Below the pieces are notes generated by a model, which searched no databases, had not been told where the DNA came from, and saw nothing but the letters and a program-made list of their open reading frames with translations. A DNA stretch of 63,044 nucleotides, counting the filler, from Intoshia linei (taxonomy: Eukaryota; Animalia; Orthonectida): the NCBI GenBank assembly GCA_001642005.1. It is 8 parts of 8 records of this genome, joined end to end, with 100 filler letters (N's around TTAATTAATTAA, not from the genome) between each part and the next. Parts side by side here need not be neighbours in the genome. Positions count along the whole stretch, not along the records: positions 1 to 20,251 come from LWCA01000690.1; 7 more parts are not named here. One strand, written 5' to 3'. Made by a program: the position numbers and the translations under genes. Shown in pieces: positions 1 through 12,300 of the stretch. Numbering within the stretch: position 1 is the stretch's first letter; each line of letters starts with the position of its first letter.

Positions 1-380
1 ATACAAACATTTTTAATTTTTCTCCACAAACAAAGCAGGAATTTCACTTTTTGTGAAAAAAATTAAGACAAACATGAAAATAAACTTAAATTTAGTTATT
101 TTTTGTTAATTATTTAAGTGATCAATGCTGAGTCATTAATGAGTATTTTTCAGAATTAGTCATAGGATTGTCATTTTTTTTAAATTACCTCTAATCTACT
201 TGGTATGTTTTTGAATTTCTTAAAAAAAATATTTAATGTGACACCCTAATATACATTCTGATATAAATATTAAAATCATGATCATTATTATAAGTTTCAA
301 CTTGAGAAACGTATCTCTTCACAGTTAAAACCACAAATTACCAATTTTTTTTAAAAAATAGAAAATATAATATAATGTAC

Positions 381-3300
381 CTGTAAAAGGTAAAGCCTAG
401 GAAAGTTTGAAAGTGAAGAAGCATATTCTTTAACAAAATAATTTGGGCTGCATATAAATACAATATCTTTTAAATCTTTTGATCTAAAATTTGAAGCGCG
501 TAGTGGCATCACAAAATTCCGTAAACCCAGTAATGGAGATCGTGAAGTACCGAATAAGCATATAACAATGTGAGAAGAAAATTGTTTGTTTTTTGCTTCT
601 TCCAATGTCTATATTATATTATTATTTTATTTAAAATTTTTGCATGATATTCATGTTAATATACATGTACCAATATTTTTAAGTTAGATATTCTTATTGG
701 ATTTATTTTTTTGGTAGAATTAAAAAACTCCGCCCTCGGTAGAGCTACATACTGTTTAAACGTAGTACATATTAGTCAATTAATTATATAAAATATTACC
801 ATTGTTATATTTTCGATTGGAACCGATTTAATCCAATGGAACATACCCGTCGAGTCAAAGGTTGAATGAGAATTGGACAATTCATTTTTACTCATTTTAT
901 TTAATGGTGGATTATATGAAACAGTTTGGCTAAATTTTAATAAATATAATGTATTTATACTCAAAAATTACCTGTGAATACTAGTTATTTTTTTATTTTT
1001 TCTATTAACAACATTATTGGTTTCTGTTTTGCTTTTTTTTCCTATAATTTTCATTTAAATTATAATATCAAAAAAATATCTGTATACCCCAAAATATACA
1101 AAAATATATAAAATTTTGGTAGGATTATGACTATCTTAAGGTATCTTCTAAAATTAGAGTAAAATTTTCGAAACAATAGAAAAATTGTCTACATTTATAC
1201 ATGTATACATTTATATGTCTACATGATAAATATAGCTATAATTAAAAAAATTTTTTTTGGTACTATGGAATAACATTAATAATACATGATGCAGCTTAAC
1301 ATTATTTACTATAATATACAAAAATATTTAAATTTTCAGCACAAACGAAGCAGGAATTTAATTTTTTTTACAAAAAATTAAAAAAAACTTGAAAATAAAC
1401 TTAAATTTAATTACTTAATTGACCAACGCACATTCGTTAATGAGCCATTTTCAAATTTAGTCATCAAATTGTTATTTTTGTTAAAATTACATCTAATCTA
1501 CCCAGTATTTTATTAAATTTTAAAAAAAAATTGTTTAATGTAACACCCTATTGTACATGTAGTTTTATTAATGTGTAAATTGGAATAATGTAAAATTACT
1601 ATTGTAAGTATATTTAGTACAACTGCATTGTTTGATTAATTTTATGTTTTTTACATGTTCGTGGCATCTGACACAATAATACAATACTCTACAAAAATAA
1701 ATTAATATTGAATATTTTATATTGATATAGGTTAAACTTATTTAAGTTTTACCATAAAATTGACCCATTATGTGATAGAACTAAATGAGAGTATTCATTT
1801 TTATTAATAGCAAAATAAAAAATTTAATTTAAATATTTAAAAATTTAAAAAGTAATAAAGTATATTTTCGAAATAATCATAGATGTGGTTAAAAATGTAA
1901 TTTTTATTGAGGACACTTCAATACTTTATATAATAATATACATATAAAATACATTTTTGCTTCTTCAGCGGATTGAGCTACAAAGAATCCTTGAGTTTTA
2001 GGTGTTATTTTGAGACAATTTCCAGGATTAATAGAAATGGCTCTGTTGGAATAAGTATAAGATCCCTGATTATTTGGATTAAGTCTATCATATTTGTAGT
2101 CTTCAATGGCAATCAATAATAAATGTAATTTCAGCAGGCATAATCTAATAATTAATATTTATACCAAAATCAACAGAATTGCATGTTACTCAACAGCTTC
2201 AGCAAATGTGAGACCATAAAAAGCAATTGAAAATTGTTCGGTATATATTTCCATACCAGTGCCTCTCATGTACTCGTTTTGCCACCGAACTTTCCTTTTC
2301 GACTATATTTTATAAAATACATTATTATAATTTTAAATTTAAATTAATGTTTAATGCATTTAGTCAGTTCCGAACCTACCGTACTCTGCAACCCCTGTTC
2401 GGGGGCTCAACGTAATTTTTGTAAAATTGGAGTATCATTTTTCCAAATTGAGCAGTTAAAAAAATTATATTCTTCAATATCATAACGATTTTGTGTATTA
2501 AATTAAAATGTCAAATCAAGAGGCTTTGAGAAGTGTCTATGGGTTATATGACTCTACGCATCATATATTTTTATATTTAAGATGTCTATTTTTCATTTTT
2601 TGGTGGCCTCAAGGTTGGTAGGTTCGGCTTTGCATCTAATTATTTTTAACGTTTATCTTCAAATATTCATCTGAATTTAAAAAATCAAATTTTGTGTGAA
2701 ATCACTTTTGATTGGTATACAGCATATTTTTATGAGAATATTTAAAATACTGTGCCGCTTCAAAATGCAATTCCAATGAAAAGTGTTTTTACAATTTAAT
2801 TTCGTACATAAACTTAAATAGTTTATACACGGTCGAGATTAGTTTCATATCTTAAAACACTCTACTCTATATAAACCAGTGTTTCTCACTCGATACACCA
2901 GAAAATTTTATTTTTGCCAAGCGAAAAATTATAAACGAGCTTTACAGCTGTTCACAAAGTGAGTTAAATTAAAAATTTTTTTTTGTACCGAAACAACTTT
3001 TTTCTTAAAGTTGCACTTTTCCTTGCAAAATCTTATACTATAATTTTTCAAAAATTTTCAATATGCACCCAAAAAATATAACATTTTTACAATTTGTTGT
3101 TTTCTGCGACAAAATGTTGAATTGCTTCTAAGTGTTCCCAATGGAAACAGACGAGAAACATTGATATATAGTATATTTATAATTGTAAATTATTAAAATC
3201 AACCTAAATACAAATTTACTTACCGCAGAATAGGCTCGCATCGTAAATAAATTAGCGATAAGAGTTGAAAACCCTTGAGCTAAGCAACTTTGAGCAATAA

Positions 3301-6300
3301 CTCCAAGTTTTAATTCAGCTAAACAAACAACATCATCTCCTCTATCAGTATCCCAACTGGGTATATTCATCAAATGTGTCTAAACATTTACATTTTAAAT
3401 CATACTGGCATGGATAAAAAGACATCATAATGAATGAAAAAGGTTCAATTTGGACGATCCTGATGGATTTCGGTTATATTGATACAATTTAAGAAGTTAA
3501 AAGGAGTCTACTTACAGGGCAAAGCGGAGGTGGATTTGTAATGATATTGGAACATTTTCTTAAAAATGAAAATCTAAATTCGCCATTCTGAATTAAAATC
3601 AAAACTCTCAAGATTATATTTTTATCTTATCTAAAACTTTACTTTTATTTTCTGATCGTCATTATGGTGTAGATCAGTGGTTGCCAAACCTTTTCCACCA
3701 TGGACCACTTATTTAAAAAAAAATGAACGAAAAAGTGGACCACCACGATTTTTTTAAAAAATCACTATAATCCTGTACATGTCACTAAGGTAACACTTTT
3801 ATATTTTGATTATATATTTCTCGTTAAATAAAGTGGCCCAAAAAAATACGTACTATCAATTATAGTTTATTTGGTGTTAAATATAAAACCAAAACTACTT
3901 ATCTATGATGACGAATAAAAAATTTCGGCTTAAAATTTATTTAAAATAAACTAAAAGTGATAGTACGTTTTTTCTGGCGACTTTACCTTAAATCCAAAAT
4001 TTTACATTAATTTTGAAGTGGTAGCTTCTATGGCGTAATTAAAAAAACAATTCATTTCAAACATACTTATGGCGAACTACTAGAGTAGAAACGATCATAT
4101 CCGAGATCCCTCTTCGGAGGATCTCCACGAATTTTTTTTTAGAATTAAACACCAATTTACTAAATTGAGCATTTATAAAATTCTTGAATATCATAACTAA
4201 TTTGTATGTTAAATTTATAATGTCTACTCAAGAGCCTTAGAGTAATGGATAGGGTTATACCTTTCGTATTATTATGTTTGTTACACTACAATTCTTATGA
4301 CATAATTTTTTAAGTGCCTATTTTCCATTAAGGGTGGCTACGAGCTTGTTAGGTTCGGCTCTGGGAACTACTATAGAACTAAGTTAAATTGTTGCATAGA
4401 TTAAATTTAACGCACGTGAAAATTATTCACATTATTATGCATCTCACTAAACAGTGACTCACAGTAAATCTTAGTGAATCCAAGTACATTTCAGTGAGTC
4501 ACAGTAATTTACACTACAAATTATGAATTTCACAGTGAATCACAGTAAATTAATTTCTGAATAGTGAATCTCAGTAAATCTTAGTGAATCACAGTAAAAA
4601 ATGCTTAATAGTGAATTTCAGTGAATCACAGTTGACCAAATAGATTTACCAAATCACAGTGAATATTTTAATGAAAATTTTCATTCAGCATTTGCCAGTG
4701 CACTGAAAAATTATATTTTATTGAGGTGCTCAAGAATTTATGGGCTGTTTGAGTGAATGCATATTTTTATATCCATCTTATTTATATTAAAAATATTATA
4801 TAAAAACAAAAAGGTCAATTTTGTCGGACAGTGTTATTTATTTATTCATTCATTGCAAGGTTACTTAGGGATGGTGCACTATCAAAATATCGTAAATCAA
4901 ATGATCGTGTGTGAGCTGGTGTGAACACCATAGAATATTTCTAATTTTTTTGTAATATTGTTTGTAGGTATAATATGGTACCTTAATATTTCAGTTTTAA
5001 CTAGGGTATGTAGTTTAAATTAAATGAACTAGTTAAGGTAACTATAACTAGTTAATGAATTAGACTAGACTACACAAAAAAATGCGTCAATAAAATTTAT
5101 GTGTATGTTAATACTGTGACAGTGTGACTAGTAGATTAATGTTAATAATATATGTATGTAAATCGTCTAGAATGTATAATACAACTAATAAATTGATGCA
5201 AGAGAAATACAAAATTACCTACAACCGCAGTATTTGTTTTAATATTTGGAGGCCCACAAAAATCAAATGAAAAAATTAATAATTTACTAAAAACTTTTTT
5301 CAAATCCTATCAAAAAATGGGCTGCTTCTATAGTCCCAAAATACACCTCATAGAAAGTCATAGTGATAGATTACCTATAAATTGCATACCGTAAGTGACG
5401 AACACGGTGAACGTTTTCATCAAACTATAAAAAATTTTGAAAAGAGGTTTCATGGATTGAATCACTAAAGAATGCTTGGCGATTATTTGTGGACAATTAA
5501 AAATATTAATTAGCTTATTTTTTTGTATATATGTTGTATTTATTTATTTTAAAACTTATATCTACTTCTATTCAAAAGTTAAACAGCGCTGCATATAACC
5601 ATATACATCATTCGATGCGCTCAATTGTGGATTATTTATTGTATACATTACATATATGACGCAAAAAACTGATATTAATATTGAGGGTTAATTAGTCCAA
5701 AATATTAATTTTTAGTTATTTATTATATTATTTTGCTATCGAATTATCATACATATATATTAAATATAAATATTCCAAATATTTATTAGCCATTTTTTGA
5801 TCCATAAAGAGGGATTTTTTCCAAATATATGGAAAAACCGCAAATCCAATATGAATATTATTTATTTTATTAGGTTTAATTTAAATTTAAATTAATTTAA
5901 AACTAAATTCACTATTTAGGATTTTAGTTGATTCATTGTGATTTGGTAAATCTCTTTGGTGAACTGTGATGCACTATGTGATTCACTGAAATATACTTGG
6001 ATTCACTCAGATTTACTGTGATAATGATAAAGTAAAAATTATTATTAAATGATATTTTACACAGGTAGAATTTTTCAAATGGTCAATAATAGATATTAAT
6101 GATTTAAGCCGAGCCAACGTAATACTAAACTATAATTTTGGTTAAATCTGAATATTCCATTTCAAAAATTTCTGATGGGTTTTGCTAGAAATTTCAGAGT
6201 AAATAAATTCATAAGTAATAAAAATTAATTTATCAATATTAAGCTGTTATTAGTTCAAATGAAAATGCATATGCAAGCTATATACAAAGATAAATACACC

Positions 6301-9300
6301 TGCAATAAATTTAAATCCCCTAAAAATGAAATAAATAAAAAAAAACTAAAAATAAGCTACCACGGCATGGTTAACGTAAATTCAGATCCAGAGCCGAAAC
6401 TACTAAGCTTGAAGACACCGAAAATTGAGATTGACCATAGAAAAACGATCCAAGACTATTGACATTTTATTTTAAATTTAACACAAAAAATAATTAGGAG
6501 GATCAAGAATAAAATTTTTTCAATGCTAAATGCGGAAAAATCAGGCCCATTTTACAAAAAGTTCTTCCCCATCCCCCCGAAGAGGGTATCGGGTTGGTCC
6601 GGCATTGTTCAGTTGAACATGAATACAATAAATATGATAAAATTCAGAAAAAAAAAATTGAAGCAAGTTATTGATACAATTTTAATACAAACATTAAATT
6701 AAAATAAATACTAAATTTAATCTAAAATTAAACCATCAAGTGGACAAACTATCCGAGGTAATTTTTTTGGATTTAATATTGGAATAAACGGAATAAAATG
6801 AAAATGACAATATTATTGTAACAATTAAATGTTCAAAGAGATATTTGGGGAAATTAACATAATACAACATTGACTGCTTTTGATTCAATATATACATTCC
6901 AAGATTAACACACAAAATGACATGACATGTAGAATAAGCTAAAAAGCACAAAATTTTCAAGAGTATTGCTTTAATAAAAAAAGGAACAAATTTTTGATTT
7001 CCCATATTAACCCTAAAAGAATTTACAAAGGAAGTAGTTGAATGAGTCAGAGTGACATCGGTATGCGAGACATTATCTCGTTCAAAAATTTTCATTTTAT
7101 ATATAACCTTTTTTCTAAAAATATACAACGAGTAAACATCTGGAATGCAGATTAAAATACACGTGGTTGCTTTTATAATGTAAAAGATTAAGGTAATAAT
7201 AATTTGAGTATGTTTTGAAAGAGAACCATTATCCATTACAGAAATAATGACCATTATAAATCCAATATTTAAAAAAAATGAAACTATAATCAATGGACTA
7301 TCAAATATCCGACGGAGTCTATACTTGCAAGAAATTATTTTAATGATTCCATAAGTGAGTAAAAACGATGCAGTAAGCAACATTGGGCCAATAGCACTTT
7401 CCATAAAGTTGAATATTCTATCATTGTTTTGGTTAAAAATCTTTAAAGAATAGTGTATGCAACGTACCAGTTGAATGAAAAAAAGAAATATGTGTATTAC
7501 TGTATAAAAGCAATAGTTTTTTATATATTTTATTACACCAATCGTTAAAAATATTGATGCCAGCATATTTAACAGTGAGAATGGCATCAATACTATATAA
7601 AAAACTTTTTCAAATTCCATTTTCTTTATATAACATGCAACGATTAAATAAATATTTAAACACGATTTAATTAAACTTTGAAATTCAGCTTGCAACAAAG
7701 TTTTATTTAATTAATATTACCTTATTATGATATTGTATTAGTTGAACTATCACACGAATCTTTTCGTGAAAATTTTTTATAGATATTACGCGCATTATGT
7801 TCTCTGCATCTTCAGCATCTGGGTCATCGCAATATTTATTGGCTAATACTAAACAAGCATCTGCTTCTTTCAACTAAATACCATATTAGCATTTATACAT
7901 TTTTTAAATTGTAGCTTAGTATTACGTTGGCTCGGCTTAAATCATTAATGTCCATTATTGATCCTTTGAAAAATTCTACTTGTGTAAAATGTCTCTTAAA
8001 TAAACCCTCCAATTCCAAATCTGGTTCTTGGCTAAATATTTATCATTTTTTATTCATCAATTTTATCTTTTTACGTGTTCATTATAACCAATTGAACGTC
8101 TACATCTTCTCGGTCTTTGTGAACAAAATCGGCCATGAAATTTGAAACAGATTCAAATGTTATGTATCCGCATAGCAGTATATGCCTGAAAAATATTTTT
8201 TAAATTAATACAATTAAATTAATTTAAATTCTATAAAACATAAATTATGATGTTTTTAAAATCATAACCATTATCATAAATGTCATCGTCAAAAATGTAC
8301 ATTATCACTATCAAAACACTATATTACCTTTTTTGAAAAAATTATATTAGTCCCAGATCTTTTTAAAAAAATACAGCTCATACGGTTATCCAGTTAACAC
8401 AAGTTTAAATTTTATTGAGAAGAATATTAAATTACGACTTGTATCAAAGACAACTTAAACCAATCAAAGAATTTAAGCTGTCCTTGCTTGTACAATGTAC
8501 ATTAATCTTATCCTTTACTTATATTATATGAAATGTCTGTCTTTGTGTGTTACTGTTTAATTTAAAAATTCACAATCCTAGACTTTAAAAAACCCCATTT
8601 CTAATACAGTTATTCGAGAATGATGTTTTATCGTAAATTTAATTTTCAGAAATTTAGTCCTTCATAGTTGATTTGACTCAATTCCCCTTTTTTTTTAAAA
8701 TAAAATGATGTCTAGAATTTTAAAAAGCATAAATTTTGGGATGCGTTTTAAAATCATAAATATTGTCGTAAATCTCAACCTCACACATATAAATCTCAAA
8801 TTATATTTTTATTAATACAATGTATATTTAAATTTAATATGGAATTTTGTCGAGAAAACGACAATTAAAATCAAATCATGAATTACCTCTTTCCATTTTC
8901 CTTTTTATAATATCCACCAAATTTAGTTCTTCTTCCAAGAATTTCTAATATTTCTGGCAAGAAACTAGCAAACATTGCCTAAATGATTAAAATAATTTAA
9001 TAACTCTCGATTAGAAAAGTTGTAAAAGGTAAAGTCATAAGTTACGAATCCTAATAAAAACTGTTCCCGAGTGAACATTTTCTGGTAAACATTTTTAACG
9101 TTAATACATTTGTACTAGACTCTTAAATTTTATAATTTGACCAGAAATGTATCGTTGGGTTTGTTCAGTATTCAACGTAACTATTTAATTTTAGTTTTAT
9201 AACGACATGAGCCATCCATATCTTGCCTTTACTCATTTCTACGATAAGTAATAACAACATCAATTAAATTTCGCTGTAAAAGAAAAATAAATGTACATGT

Positions 9301-12300
9301 ATGTTTAACACACTCAAAAATGTGAATTAACTGACGTCCATTCTCTAGAGCAGAGTTTCTGAATCGGGTGCTTTAATTAATTTCAGGGGAGCTAGGAAAA
9401 CTGTTATTTTTTAAATTTTAACAAACAAATTAATTCATCCTAACTTATATAATATGCCACGCGATTTTTGTTTGTGTGTGTCTGTCTGTGTGTTGCGCTA
9501 TATTTAAATAACTACCTTAGAATCTTAGTCTTAGAATTTTTTAAAGAGTTCTTTCCGAAATGTATATTAAGATAAATTCCAACTTCCCAATTTCACATCT
9601 TACGGGTCAAAAACCCCAGTTGTCCCTCTTTTTGAAAATCAAACGAGTTGGAGAATTTAAAAAGAATATATACACTGATGCAGATTATAAAATCATAAAC
9701 ATTATCATAAATTTAAATTTAAAAAAATTATATCTTCAGGGCCACAACCCGAAATTACCCTTCTTTTTTTAATAAAAAAAGCCCTAGAATTTTAAAAAAT
9801 TTCCATCCGAATAAGTTACGACTTCACGGTCAAAAAATCATTTTAGTGTTATTTTATTACAACAAAAAATGAGAAATAATTAACTGTCCGAAAATTAAAA
9901 AAAAAATTATTCTGATAGAGCTTATTCTAGCATAAATCATTGCTACAGAATTTTTAAATTTCAAATTCTCATTTTCAAAACATTTTTATTAAAACACTAA
10001 AATTTAAATAAGAAACTACAACAACGAAACTAAAACAACTTTGTTAATATCATGTTTATATTACAATCCTTTGAAATGGTATAATTCGACTGAAATGTTT
10101 ATAAAGTGATGATTCGGTTAATTATTGATACACAATTGGTACTTTTAAGTATTTATTAAATTGGTACTGAATATATGTCGACACATTGAAAGTGACACAA
10201 TAGGTTTTTATAATTTTATTTTTTCTGGAATTTATGCTATTTATGGCAATTTTTTAATGACTGTTTTTACTTTATTGTTAATATTATAGACACATTCTGT
10301 CTAATAAATTAAAAAATGGGATAACAATTGTTTTTAAAATTCTTTATGCAAATGTTAAACAAAAAATTAAGATGGAATAATTCACTTTAAAGTAAAAAGT
10401 AATGTGATGTGATTATTCCACCTGAAACAAATTTGGGAAATAATTGATGTGCCTAACGGGTGCTATTTTAAAAAAGGTTAAGAAACTTGATCTAGATCGA
10501 AATTAAAACAAGGTATTGTTCGAGCGATACATCTTAGACTCTAAGATCAAAATCATAGATTTTATTAATTTATAATATTATTAATCATAATAATAATCAA
10601 TAATAATAAAATCAATAATTATTGATTTATTCACGAAATTTTTCCTGAGTTCTTTAGGGATAATTTTTTCACCCCATTTATAAAGATTTGAAGCTCCCTT
10701 AAAACCCTACAAAATTTTAGTTCAAAAATTATTATTTATTCAAAATATTTAAAAATTGGGTAAAAAAAATTTCACTTAACCCCTCTATCTCTTTAATTAT
10801 GACAGAATAAGTTTTTGTATATATTTTGTTCATGTTTTGGCAAGATAGCTATATTTAATATTTATAGTTAAAAATGTTTATTTTTATATAATTAGTGGAC
10901 GGAATATAAATTTTTATTATTAAAAAAAATATTATTACCAATGTTCCGAGAATACAAAAAACCATGCAAAATCGACCCATTACAGTTTTACAATAAATAT
11001 CTCCATATCCTACTGTCGACATTGTTACCAACATGAAATATACGCACTCCCAATAACTTAATTTTTGAAAATTTGTAAAATCATAAAATGGATCTCCAGA
11101 ATTTTCAACCTAAAATTATTTTTTAGTGTTGTATATACTATACAGTAGTGTTATACAATATATAACACAGAATTTAATAAAAACCAATATATGCAGTGTC
11201 ATAATTCTATATCACCTTGTGCATGACCCAGACAGTGGAATGCCCGGTTAAAAGTAGGTATGTAAACATTTCAAATTATTATTATGTATTATACTTCAAA
11301 TTATCTTGTTCAACTCGTTGTTTTTTTTATATCATAAATAATTATTATATTATTAAAGTATATTATCATATTAAATTTTTTAACAGGACTATACATATAA
11401 AATGTATAATTTCAATTAATATTTTAAAATTATTGCCCGTAAAATTATTAGTATCCGTGTTTTCTTGATCGGTCCGATAGGGACCATACACCAGTTTATC
11501 AACACAATTGTTTTTTTTAACTGAAAGCCGAACTTTCCATGTTCGACCCCTAAAAAATTTCGCAAAATATGCGTAATGTCATATAATCACTAGCAACCTC
11601 TACATGTCCTAAACTTAATAGTATGATTTTGAAAAATATATTTTTCTCAATGTTCCAATACCAAAAAATTGGGACCCTATTTTGCAAAAATTTCGTCAAG
11701 TCTTTCCATGAGTTGGCTCTAATACATTGGTTCCCCATTGTGGTCCCTGGACCCCTTAGTGGTTCAAAACTATTTGTCTAAGATCCATGAGATTCAAATA
11801 AAATATGAAAAAATTTTTAGCAATTTTTATAGGAAAATTTTTAAAATTTATTACAGAATTGTTTGATGAAAGATGTTTGGAATTTATCCCAAAGCCTATA
11901 CGAACGATACATTATTATTTCAAAAGCACTACTTTTCGTCCATTATTAATAAAATTTACAGTGCCATAAGTTTTAATAAAAAATCCAATTTTACCAACCC
12001 TTAAGAAAAAATCTCTTTTTTCTAATATTTTTTTGAAAAGTGGTTTTAAAAAAACGTTTTGAGAAAAAACCTTTAATTCATAATTAATTCATAATTATTT
12101 TATTATTCCAATGGGTCAAAACAATAAATATTTTTAAATGGGGTCAGTAAACTATTTGAATCGGGAACCACTGCTACTAGTAGATAGTATGACAAGTTCC
12201 CTATTTGCTTTTACCATATATTTGATAAAAAAATTCAAAAAAACTTTAAAATTATATTTATTTCATAGAAATGTTAATTATCATTCAACCGTTAAAATTT

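Noticed and set aside
4450-4665. Regularly spaced CAGTGAATCA repeats as a CRISPR-like array
   Set aside because: Degenerate decamers without unique spacers, eukaryotic context, mirrored in the opposite transposon arm.
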